A program made the translations under genes and the position numbers. Shown here in pieces: positions 44,670 to 52,910 of a DNA stretch of 64,000 nt. Under the pieces are notes generated by a model. It did not search any database, was not told where the DNA came from, and was given only the letters and a program-made list of their open reading frames with translations. Origin of the DNA: Vulcanimicrobiota bacterium (GTDB taxonomy: Bacteria; Vulcanimicrobiota; Xenobia; Xenobiales; QWHO01); contig CAUJEN010000109.1 in the NCBI GenBank assembly GCA_963169765.1, positions 27,497-91,496 on the forward strand, read 5' to 3'. Each line of letters starts with the position of its first letter. The stretch's first letter is position 1.

Positions 44670-45053
44670 ATGCTCGGAGTGCGCGCTTACAGCCTGGCTG
44701 AGGTCCTGGTGGCCCTGTTCCTGCTGGCCCTGGCCGGTCTGGGGCTGGTCTCCACCCATCTGTACTCGCTCAAGGCCCAGCGGGCCGGACTCGAGCGCTA
44801 CGACAGCGGAGCCGCGGCCGGGTCGGTGCTGGCCTCCATCGAAGCCGACCTGCGCCAGAGCCCCGAGCACTTCACCCGCTCTTACGCCGTCAGCGACCGG
44901 CCTCTGCCCGACCTGGCCGGGGCCATCTACGACGTGACCGAGGAAGCGGTCACTCCCCGCCTTCGCAAGTTCACCGTCACAGTGCGGGCCCCGAGCCAGC
45001 AGGGGACGCAAGACTTCAAGCTGTGGACCATGGTCTACGACCTGACGCGATGA
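44670..45053 (+). CDS. prepilin-type N-terminal domain protein (PilV / minor-pseudopilin-like)
   Basis: MLGVRAYSLAEVLVALFLLALAGLGLV has the class-III signal pattern with Glu at +5, but Ala rather than Gly at -1. Small 127-aa protein. Confidence 0.7.
   Translation: MLGVRAYSLAEVLVALFLLALAGLGLVSTHLYSLKAQRAGLERYDSGAAAGSVLASIEADLRQSPEHFTRSYAVSDRPLPDLAGAIYDVTEEAVTPRLRKFTVTVRAPSQQGTQDFKLWTMVYDLTR
44948..45018 (+). repeat. 71-bp direct repeat, copy A (inside the 3' end of the pilin-like gene)
   Basis: GGTCACTCCCCGCCTTCGCAAGTTCACCGTCACAGTGCGGGCCCCGAGCCAGCAGGGGACGCAAGACTTCA is 69/71 identical to 48443-48513. Confidence 0.9.
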
Positions 45054-46828
45054 GAAGACTCGAGCGCGGCTCGGTCCTGCTGATTACCGCCCTGGTGGTG
45101 GTGCTGGTCTACGGCCTGATGACCCTGAGCCTGGCCAACTCGCGGCGCACCCTGGCCTCCACCAAGTTTGCCCGGGGCCGGCTGCAAGCCGATTACCTGG
45201 CCCGGGCCGGGCTGAGCTGGGGGATGGAGCAGCTGCGCCACCAGAGCGACTGGGCCGAAGCCCACACCGCCCCGGCCGACACGGCGATGGATGCCATTCC
45301 GGCGGTGGCCGATCGGCTCACAGTGGATCCCCAGGCTCCCGAGGTGCGGGTCTGGGTGCAGGAGACCTCGGTGGCCGACCGATTCGAGCTGCGCTCGTCG
45401 TGTCGCGCCGGGGGCCAGCTGGCCAGCAGCACGGCCCTGTTCCAGCGCGTGCCGGCCGTGGATGGGCGGGTGTACGCCGCGGTGAGCGATCCGGCCGGGG
45501 TGCCCGCCCTGTTCGAGCTGGCCGCCAACCGCTGGGAGAGCCTGCCCACCCCGCCCTACGTCTACTGGCGCACGGCCGCCGCTCCGGCCACCCGGGCCGG
45601 GCAGCTGTGCGAGAACCCCCGGGTCTTGCAGGGGGACACCCAGGGAAATCTCTACCTGTTGACTCGCCCCAACGAGGCCCCGGCGGACGCGCTGGACCGC
45701 TCCCAGATGCTGGTCTTCGACCGCTCCGCATCCGCCTGGAAGCTCTTGCCGCCGGTGCCCCCCCAGGCCTTCGACGAGAACGGCGCCCCGGTGGCGGGCT
45801 ACGACCAGCGCGAGGTCACCGCCCTGGCCTCCGACGGCGAGACGCTGTATGCCGTGGCCGTGCATGAGACCGTGCCCGAGTACATCTCCATGATCGGGGG
45901 GCCCGAGGGGCCAGTCAATACCATCGACTCCAGCACCCTCTACCGTCTGCGCCAACCGCTGGAGGCGGCCTGGAGCTATCATCCGACCTCGGGCTGGCAG
46001 GCCGGCTCGGGAGCGACCTGGGAAGTGTTGGGCCCCGTTCCGGCCCCCTTCGGTCGTTGCCTGCGAGCCACGCTGGCCTCCGCTGACGAGCTCTTTTTGT
46101 GTGACGCCCTCTCCAGCGCTTACCTGCAGGGCGTGGAGGGGGTCGGCAACCACCTGCTGGCCTACCAGCCCTCCCGGCAGGTCTGGACGCGCTACCCCAC
46201 GCCTCCCGCCACCCTCTACCTGCGCGACTCTCAGAATCGGCTCTCGCTGACCGAAGTGGTGGACCTGACCCTGGATGGCGTGGTCAGCTCGGACGACCTG
46301 ATCAGTCGCTACGAGGGAGTGGCCGATCTGGATCCGCAGGGGAATCTCTACTACTACCTCGACCCGCACTTTCTGACCTCGAGCGCGGGGCAGCTCCTGC
46401 CCACGCTGTACCGCTTCGAGCCGTCCAGCGCCGCGCCCGTGGCGGGCAGGCGCTCAGGCACCTGGAAGCAGATGGCCATCCCGGCCGAGTGGGGGTTCGA
46501 CGACCGCGGCCAGCTCGTAGAGACCGAGCTCGCGCTGTGGGACATGACCCTCTCTCCCGACGGCAACCTGTTCCTGGCCTACCAGTCGGGCGGCTCGCGC
46601 GTTCCGGTGGTCTACCAGTACTCGACCGGATCGCGCACCGAGCAGCCGGGCCGGCCCCGCATTCCCCCTCTGCCGGGGGTGCAGGTGACATACGATGCCA
46701 GCGCTCCGGGCCTCTGCCGCTTCAGCCCCACGGGTGGGTTTGCGGATTCCTTGATGGCGGTGGGGAGCGGGGGAGTGCGCCGGCCCGACGCGTTCGACTT
46801 CCGGCCTACGGCCATCTACAGCTACTGA
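45050..46828 (+). CDS. PilX-N-like pilus assembly protein with a large C-terminal beta-propeller-like domain
   Basis: The start overlaps the upstream stop in ATGA. MRRLERGSVLLITALVVVLVYGLMTLSLANSRR...ADYLARAGL resembles the PilX N-terminal domain. Confidence 0.65.
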   Translation: MRRLERGSVLLITALVVVLVYGLMTLSLANSRRTLASTKFARGRLQADYLARAGLSWGMEQLRHQSDWAEAHTAPADTAMDAIPAVADRLTVDPQAPEVRVWVQETSVADRFELRSSCRAGGQLASSTALFQRVPAVDGRVYAAVSDPAGVPALFELAANRWESLPTPPYVYWRTAAAPATRAGQLCENPRVLQGDTQGNLYLLTRPNEAPADALDRSQMLVFDRSASAWKLLPPVPPQAFDENGAPVAGYDQREVTALASDGETLYAVAVHETVPEYISMIGGPEGPVNTIDSSTLYRLRQPLEAAWSYHPTSGWQAGSGATWEVLGPVPAPFGRCLRATLASADELFLCDALSSAYLQGVEGVGNHLLAYQPSRQVWTRYPTPPATLYLRDSQNRLSLTEVVDLTLDGVVSSDDLISRYEGVADLDPQGNLYYYLDPHFLTSSAGQLLPTLYRFEPSSAAPVAGRRSGTWKQMAIPAEWGFDDRGQLVETELALWDMTLSPDGNLFLAYQSGGSRVPVVYQYSTGSRTEQPGRPRIPPLPGVQVTYDASAPGLCRFSPTGGFADSLMAVGSGGVRRPDAFDFRPTAIYSY

Positions 46829-46899
46829 CGCGGCGGACGTTGTCCGAATGGCGTTACGATCATCGTTTGACCAAACTCCCAGATCGCATGGTTGAGCCA

Positions 46900-48249
46900 T
46901 CAACAGGCCGCCAGATCTTCCAGCCCCACCCGCAGAACGTCCGGGCTCAATCGCCCGAATCCACTTTTGGAGAACACTGCGAAGATGGGTTTGCGATCTG
47001 CCAGTTCGCTCACCCGCGCGGCCCTGGCTCGCAACTTTTCAATTTCCGAGGCAGCCACCGGTTGGTTGGTCCACTTACATTCCCCAAAAAGAGCATGCCG
47101 ATCGTCGTAAGCCACCACGTCGATCTCCGCGTCGCCTGTCCACCACCCGCCAACTCTGTCGGGAGTAAAACTTGGGGCAGTAAGCGCCACCCACTGACGA
47201 CAGATCTCCTCGAAAGAGGCCGCTACAAAACTGGCCAAGCCGGGCTTGATCTTGCGCTCCATCACCTGGGTCCAGCGCCCGGACTCGAGCTCAGACTGAC
47301 TACCCTGTACAAATCGGAACCAGAAGCGAAGGTACGGGTCGCAGATTCGATACAGGCCCTTTCGGCTTCGCTCCGGGTTCTTCTCGGTGACGGGCACCAC
47401 CCGCTGAATGAGCTCCAGTCTCGACAGGGTATCCAGGTAGCGACTGGCAAAGGAGGTTGTCATGCCCGAATCCTGGGCGATCTCATTGAGTCGAGTCCCT
47501 CCTCGGGCCACGCTGGTCAACAGGGAAAAGTAGTTTCTGGGCTCACGCAGCTCTTGCTGGAGAAGGAAGCGTGGCTCGTCGTACAGATAGCTCGACGGGT
47601 CGAGCACTTCGCGCGCGATTGTCTCGAAAAGAGGGGAGTCTCCCAATCGCTTCAGATAAGCTGGTACTCCCCCAAAGCAGGCGTAGACTTCAACCTGCTC
47701 GGCCAGGGGAAGGTGCTGGAAGAATTCGCGAGCATCCCAGAAATTCATCGGACGCAGCCGCATTTGAGCCGTTCGGCGGCCAAACAACGGGCTTCGTTCG
47801 GCCAGTACCTCGCGTTCCATGAACCCGACCGAGGATCCGCACAGCGTAAGCCGGGTCGGAGCATCACGCCAACCCTGGTCCCAGGCCGACTGAAGTAGCG
47901 AGGGAAGGGTGGGGTCGGCCTCCACCAGGTAGGGAAACTCGTCCAGAACGAGATCCAACTCCGCCTTCCTGTTGCGCAGGTATTCAAGCAGCCCGCGCCA
48001 GTCCGACAATGATTGCGACCTGAGGAAGTTGTCCCCCAGGTGGTCGCCGATGCGCGAGCTCAAAGCCCTCACATGGGTCGAGGACGAGCTCAGATCGCCA
48101 AGATAGTAGACATGCGGGCGATCGCGGTAAAAGTGTTGCAACAACTCGGTCTTGCCCACTCGCCGGCGGCCGTACAGCACGAACAACGCCGGGCTGTTGG
48201 CCAGTATTTTGTTCATGGATTCGAGCTCGCGCAGCCGGTCAACAAACAT
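46900..48249 (-). CDS. AAA ATPase of the archaeal-ATPase / DUF234 family
   Basis: F.DRE.EL pattern (FVDRLRELESM), Walker A LYGRRRVGKTELL, Walker B LVLDEFPYL, and a C-terminal DUF234-like region (EIDVVAYDD...LFGECKW). GC is lower than in the flanks. Confidence 0.88.
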   Translation of the reverse strand: MFVDRLRELESMNKILANSPALFVLYGRRRVGKTELLQHFYRDRPHVYYLGDLSSSSTHVRALSSRIGDHLGDNFLRSQSLSDWRGLLEYLRNRKAELDLVLDEFPYLVEADPTLPSLLQSAWDQGWRDAPTRLTLCGSSVGFMEREVLAERSPLFGRRTAQMRLRPMNFWDAREFFQHLPLAEQVEVYACFGGVPAYLKRLGDSPLFETIAREVLDPSSYLYDEPRFLLQQELREPRNYFSLLTSVARGGTRLNEIAQDSGMTTSFASRYLDTLSRLELIQRVVPVTEKNPERSRKGLYRICDPYLRFWFRFVQGSQSELESGRWTQVMERKIKPGLASFVAASFEEICRQWVALTAPSFTPDRVGGWWTGDAEIDVVAYDDRHALFGECKWTNQPVAASEIEKLRARAARVSELADRKPIFAVFSKSGFGRLSPDVLRVGLEDLAAC

Positions 48250-48250
48250 T

Positions 48251-48283
48251 GTCTACTCTAGATTAGACTAATCTGGAGTAGAC
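48251..48283. promoter_or_regulatory. 33-bp near-perfect palindrome abutting the ATPase start codon (candidate operator)
   Basis: GTCTACTCTAGATTAG a CTAATCTGGAGTAGAC has 15/16 matching arm positions. It begins 2 nt upstream of the ATG at 48249. Confidence 0.6.
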
Positions 48284-48442
48284 TCCTTCAAGCCGCGCCG
48301 CGAGGTCCGGCAACGACCGGAGCGCCGAGCTTCGCTCTTGCGCGGAGAACCTACCGAGGCGCGAAACATCGAGTTCGTCTGCGATTGTCGATTTTGAGGA
48401 TGGTGCTCTTGATCACCAGATCCCAACCACAGCATGGTTGTT

Positions 48443-48513
48443 GGTCACTCCCCGCCTTCGCAAGTTGACCGTCACAGTGCGGGCCCCGAGCCCGCAGGGG
48501 ACGCAAGACTTCA
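48443..48513 (+). repeat. 71-bp direct repeat, copy B (non-coding remnant of a pilin-gene 3' end)
   Basis: Same sequence as 44948-45018 with 2 substitutions. The surrounding frame (..LVTPRLRKLTVTVRAPSPQGTQDF..) has no start codon or pilin N-terminus. Confidence 0.9.
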
Positions 48514-48571
48514 CCCGCAATAGGGGAAGTCTCTCGTTATCTGTCGAATCGCGCGCCCTTTTGGGGGGAGC

Positions 48572-50710
48572 TTGACGGACCTGGAAGACCGGATTGGGGT
48601 GGACACTTTGCGCGGCCACGACCTGGAAACGCTGGTTTGTTTCCTGAGCCAGCCTCGTTTGTACTGGGCCGAGATGGAGTCGGGCTGCAAGTTGCTGGCG
48701 CGAAGCGGAGATGTTTGCGAGCTTTTCACGGCCGAGTGGAGCTTGGCCCTGGGAGCCTACGCCCTGGGAGAATTTGCTTGGCTCGAGCAGACGGGCAGGC
48801 GTCTTCATCGCCAGGCAGAGCAGCTCGAATCTGAGTTGGGCCAGGGGACGGCTCTGGGGATCTGGGCCTTGGGAACGGGTGGTCTGGTGCCTCATGAGCT
48901 GCTCGAGAAGGCTGGTCGGGGGGAGCAGACTCGGCACCAGCTGACTCTGGCTCAGGCGCTGCGCTTGCTGCGTGACGGTCGCTGTCAGCAGGCGGCCGCT
49001 CTCCTTCACGACTGCCTGCTTCACCCGCCTGATGACAGGATGTGGGTCCCACTGGCCTGTTTCGAGGCCACCGCCTGGAGGCAGGCGGCTGAATCGTCTG
49101 CGTTGGAGGCCGAGTGCCAGGAGCTCTATCGCCGAGCCCGCCGGGCCGCTCGACGGGCTTGCAAGGCAAGCCAACGATTCATGCCATTTCAGCTGGCCCA
49201 CGCGCTGCGCGAGGAGGCGCTGCTGGCCGCTGCCAGGGGCCATGTGGCTCGGGCGGAGAGCCTGCTGGCCCGAAGTCTGCAGGAAGCACTTACACGACAG
49301 CTCGACTACGAGGCGGCCCTGACCGAGCTGGAATGGGAGCGTTTCCGAGGGGGCGATCCATCCGGGCCCCAGCGCAGGCTCCTTTCCATGGGCGCATTCT
49401 GGCACGCTGCTCCAACCCCACCCCCCACGCTGGCCCTGGCCGACCGGTTCGAGCAGGCCTTGCATTGGGGTCGCCAGCAGGCCGAGTGCCTGGACGAGGA
49501 ACGCTGGCCCGGGTTGTTGCGAGACGCGGCCCTGGCGCTACTGCGAGGGGAGGAAGCTCTGGTGCTCAGCTGGCCCGAGTTGAGCCTTCTGGCAGGCCCA
49601 CCCGGGCGCTTCAGCCGGTCTTTGTTGGAGGCAGCAGCCAGGTCGGGTCGGGCCCAGGTCGCCGACGAGAGCGACACCGAGAGCCTTCTGCTCAGCAGCG
49701 TGCGTTCGGCCCTGGCTGCCCCGGTGCAGGTCGGCGGTGCGACCGTCGCCTGCCTTTATACCACCGGGCTGTTTGCCGGAGACGAGCAAGATCTGGCTGA
49801 CTTCCTGACCGCTCTGGCCGGTGGCGCTCTCGAGAACGTGCTCGGACTGACCGCCGGCAGGAAGTCTCGCGAGCAGCTCCTGGCTGAGCAAGCTCTCGTT
49901 GAGGGGGTCTTCGAAGCTTCCGGGGTCGGCCTGGCCTTGCTCGACGCCGGCCAGAGCCTGCTGCGCGCGAATCAGGCCTTTCTGGCTCGAAGCGGAGGCT
50001 CGCTGGCCGAGGCCCTGCGACCCTGCGAGACGGTCTGGCACGAGCTGCAAACAGGGCGGCGCGATAGCTGGGTTGGCCACATCCCGCTCGGCGGGGCCTT
50101 GAGTCGCCTCAGCCTGACCGCCCTGGGCGAGGAGGTGGTGGCCAGCCTGGCCGAGGCGCCCTTGCGTGGCCTCCTGGCGCTGGCCCGATTCCAGCGCCAG
50201 GAGGCGGCTGAGCTGACCGCCCAGGTGCACGAGCACCTGGTCGTGCCCCTGCAAAAACTGGAGTCGCTCCTGGAAGTCGGTGAGCTGGAGCGAGCCGGTC
50301 AGCTGGCAGGGGAGACCGTGCGCTCGGTCAGCACTCAGATCGGGGCTCTGCGCAACCCGGTGGTGGAGGGTCGGCCCTTGCTGCCGGCACTGCGTTCCCT
50401 CCTGAGGCGCTGGCAGCGTTCCTCGGGGCTCAGCATACGGGCCCGGCTTCCTCGGAAGGTCCCTGGTGGGCCGGCGGCGGAGGTGACTTTCCGACTCGTC
50501 GAGCGATCTCTGGAGGCAGTGCGCGAGTCGGGAGCCAGGAACCTGCTGCTCGTCATGGGGACCCGGCGACCCTGGCTGCAAGTGAGGATTCGCCATGACG
50601 GGGGCGTCCTGGTTTCGAGGTTGCGTCCTCTGCGGGCGCGCGCGCGCCTTCTGGGTGGCGGGCTGCGGACGACCGAGGACGGCTTTCGCTTCCGGGTGCC
50701 GTTGTCGTGA
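48572..50710 (+). CDS. GAF-PAS-HisKA_3 sensor protein with a degenerate ATPase domain (pseudo-histidine kinase), paralog of 52891..55443
   Basis: An H-box-like AELTAQVHEHLVVPLQ is present. The C-terminal region lacks the N-box Asn and the DxGxG motif (IRHDGGVL). It aligns by eye with the 52891 ORF, e.g. FEQALHWGRQ / FEQTLQWGRR and LVLSWPELSLLAGPPGRFSRSLLE / LVLSWPDCAILAGPPRPFSRTLLE. The TTG start is uncertain. Confidence 0.78.
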   Translation: MTDLEDRIGVDTLRGHDLETLVCFLSQPRLYWAEMESGCKLLARSGDVCELFTAEWSLALGAYALGEFAWLEQTGRRLHRQAEQLESELGQGTALGIWALGTGGLVPHELLEKAGRGEQTRHQLTLAQALRLLRDGRCQQAAALLHDCLLHPPDDRMWVPLACFEATAWRQAAESSALEAECQELYRRARRAARRACKASQRFMPFQLAHALREEALLAAARGHVARAESLLARSLQEALTRQLDYEAALTELEWERFRGGDPSGPQRRLLSMGAFWHAAPTPPPTLALADRFEQALHWGRQQAECLDEERWPGLLRDAALALLRGEEALVLSWPELSLLAGPPGRFSRSLLEAAARSGRAQVADESDTESLLLSSVRSALAAPVQVGGATVACLYTTGLFAGDEQDLADFLTALAGGALENVLGLTAGRKSREQLLAEQALVEGVFEASGVGLALLDAGQSLLRANQAFLARSGGSLAEALRPCETVWHELQTGRRDSWVGHIPLGGALSRLSLTALGEEVVASLAEAPLRGLLALARFQRQEAAELTAQVHEHLVVPLQKLESLLEVGELERAGQLAGETVRSVSTQIGALRNPVVEGRPLLPALRSLLRRWQRSSGLSIRARLPRKVPGGPAAEVTFRLVERSLEAVRESGARNLLLVMGTRRPWLQVRIRHDGGVLVSRLRPLRARARLLGGGLRTTEDGFRFRVPLS

Positions 50711-52875
50711 AGTTTGAGCTCCAGAGCCTGCTCAAGTCGTCTCTGGGCGTGGAAACCTGGCTGGGTCGCGCGGGGGAGGAGGCGGTTCTGGTCAAGCGGG
50801 CGGTCGAGGAATCCGGAGCCTGGCTGCGATTGAGCCATGAGGCGGAGGTTCTGGGCCGGCTCAGCCACCCGCGTATTCCTCGCTTGCGCTGGCTGGGACG
50901 CGGTGAGAGTTTTCTCACTGTGGTGGCCGACTTCATCCCTGGCTCGACCCTGGAGGAGCGGCTGGCCCAGGGTCCGATGAGTGTCGAGGAAACCACCGCG
51001 CTGGCGGAGCAGTTGCTCGAGACCCTGCGGGTCGTCCATGAGCAGGGCTTGCTTCACCGCGATCTTAAGCCGTCCAACCTGATCTGGGAGCAGGGCCAGC
51101 TGTGGGTGATCGACTGGGGGTTGGCGCGCAGTCCCTGGCTGCACGCCACTGTGCGCGAGCTTCCGGCCGGCACGGTGCACTATCTGGCTCCTGAGCTGGC
51201 GGGCAGCTTGCGGCGCCGGGTGGGGGAGCCCGCCGACCTCTACTCGGTCGGGGTGGTGCTTTTTCGCTGCCTGACCGGTCGGGTGCCCTTCTCGGGCAGC
51301 TCGGTCAATGAGGTGCTGCGCCAGCACGTGAGCGCCCCCGTTCCCCCCTTCGGCGCCGAGGGGCGATTGGGGGGGGTGATTCGCGAGCTGCTCGCCAAGG
51401 AGCCTGATCGTCGCCCAGCCGGGGCGCAAGGGGCCCTGGATCGCCTCTCGGGCCGCACTGACCGGCGGCCCGGGACGCTTCTTGAAGCCCCCCTGGTGGG
51501 GCGAGAGAGGGAGTTGGAGCTTCTGGGCCAGGTCCTGTGCGGGTCTTCTCGTTTGCTGCTGGTTGGCGAGGCCGGCAGTGGCAAGACCCGGCTGCTCGAA
51601 GCTCTGGTGGCCCGCGCTGTCGGAGCGGGATGGCGGGTGCTGCAAGGGCAGGCTCTCAGTCGGCTGGAATCGGTGCCTCTGCAGCTGTTTTCCGGGCCGC
51701 TGTTCGAGCTGGCTCAGGAGGCTGATCGCGAGCTGGCCGAGCGATTGGGCGTGCACGGCCCGGTGTTGGCCCGGGTCGCTCCCCAGCTGAGCGCCTGGTT
51801 GGGCACGCCGGCCCCCGAGACTGGACCACTCGAGCTGGGCCCCAACCTTGTCTCGAGCGCTCTGAGCGCGCTGTTGAAGGGCCTGCCGGGGCCCACCTTG
51901 CTGGCGCTCGACGACGTGCAGTGGGCGGACGGGTTGAGTCTCGAGCTGGCTGGCAGGGTCGAGCTTCCGCCCGGGGTATCCCTGGTGCTGGCGGGCCGTT
52001 CCCAGCCTGCCGAGCTGTCTGGCTTCTCCCGGATCGACCTCGGGCCGCTCGACGAGGCTGCCGGACGCCAGCTTCTGGAGAGCATGCTGGGCGGTCTGGA
52101 GGGCCCGGTGGCAGCGCAACTGCTCTCGCATGCCTCTGGCAATCCCTTTCTTCTGGTGGAGGGTGCCCGCGGCGTGGCCGAGCACGGAGCCGACGAGCTG
52201 CAGACTTCGGCCCGGTCGGGCTGGTTGCTGGTGGACCGATTGCAGGCTCTGCCCCTGGAGTGCCGGAGCGTCCTGCAGCGGGCAGCGGCTCTGGGCAGGT
52301 TGTTCTCGCTGCAAACCCTGCATAGCTTGGGAGTCTCCGATCCCTGTGCCGCCCTGCTGCCGGCCCAGCACGCGGGCCTGGTCTGGGCGACCGCCTCGGA
52401 AAGCGAGTATTCTTTTGCTCACGACCGGATTCGAGAGAAGGTCTACGAGAGCCTGGGAGAGGAGCGTCGACGCCAACTCCATCGCCAGGCTGCCGAGGCG
52501 CTCATCCACGCTTCCCCGGCCGTGCAGGCCCATCACCTCTGGCAGGCCGGAGAGCCCGAGCGGGCTCGCCCCCATGCCCTGGTTGCCGCCCAGCGGAGTC
52601 GAGAGAGCTTTGACTTTGGCACGGCCGCGGTTTTCTATCGCATGGCTCTGGAGGTCGAGCCCGATGACCTGGCCGCTCGCGAGGCTCTGGCTGACGTGCT
52701 CGGCTTCAGTCACCGCCAGAGTGAGGCGAAGATGATCTACCTGGAGCTTCTGCCGCTCTTGTCTGACCCGCTCGACCGGGCGCGGGTGCGTGTGCGCCTG
52801 GGCCATCTGTGCCTGTGCCTCAATCGATTTCAGGAGGGAGAGGAGTATCTGCTGGACGCGCTTTCCGAGCAGTGA
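50707..52875 (+). CDS. Hanks-type Ser/Thr kinase fused to an AAA (AAA_16/STAND-like) ATPase and helical repeats
   Basis: HRDLKPSNLIW, DWGLA and GTVHYLAPE are present, then Walker A VGEAGSGKTRLLE and Walker B LLALDDVQWAD. The GTG start overlaps the upstream stop in GTGA. Confidence 0.85.
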   Translation: MKFELQSLLKSSLGVETWLGRAGEEAVLVKRAVEESGAWLRLSHEAEVLGRLSHPRIPRLRWLGRGESFLTVVADFIPGSTLEERLAQGPMSVEETTALAEQLLETLRVVHEQGLLHRDLKPSNLIWEQGQLWVIDWGLARSPWLHATVRELPAGTVHYLAPELAGSLRRRVGEPADLYSVGVVLFRCLTGRVPFSGSSVNEVLRQHVSAPVPPFGAEGRLGGVIRELLAKEPDRRPAGAQGALDRLSGRTDRRPGTLLEAPLVGRERELELLGQVLCGSSRLLLVGEAGSGKTRLLEALVARAVGAGWRVLQGQALSRLESVPLQLFSGPLFELAQEADRELAERLGVHGPVLARVAPQLSAWLGTPAPETGPLELGPNLVSSALSALLKGLPGPTLLALDDVQWADGLSLELAGRVELPPGVSLVLAGRSQPAELSGFSRIDLGPLDEAAGRQLLESMLGGLEGPVAAQLLSHASGNPFLLVEGARGVAEHGADELQTSARSGWLLVDRLQALPLECRSVLQRAAALGRLFSLQTLHSLGVSDPCAALLPAQHAGLVWATASESEYSFAHDRIREKVYESLGEERRRQLHRQAAEALIHASPAVQAHHLWQAGEPERARPHALVAAQRSRESFDFGTAAVFYRMALEVEPDDLAAREALADVLGFSHRQSEAKMIYLELLPLLSDPLDRARVRVRLGHLCLCLNRFQEGEEYLLDALSEQ

Positions 52876-52910
52876 GAACCTACCAGCCAATTGTTGCGGG
52901 CTCTAGGTTC
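52876..52910 (+). other. stem-loop immediately 3' of the TGA that separates the two same-frame ORFs
   Basis: GAACCTA (52876-52882) pairs with TAGGTTC (52904-52910). An inner stem AGCC (52885-52888) pairs with GGCT (52899-52902). The apical loop is 10 nt. Confidence 0.5.

Noticed and set aside
44948-48513. 71-bp repeat pair as template and variable repeats of a diversity-generating retroelement
   Set aside because: No reverse transcriptase is present in the window. There are only two mismatches (C/G and A/C), so there is no adenine-specific substitution pattern.
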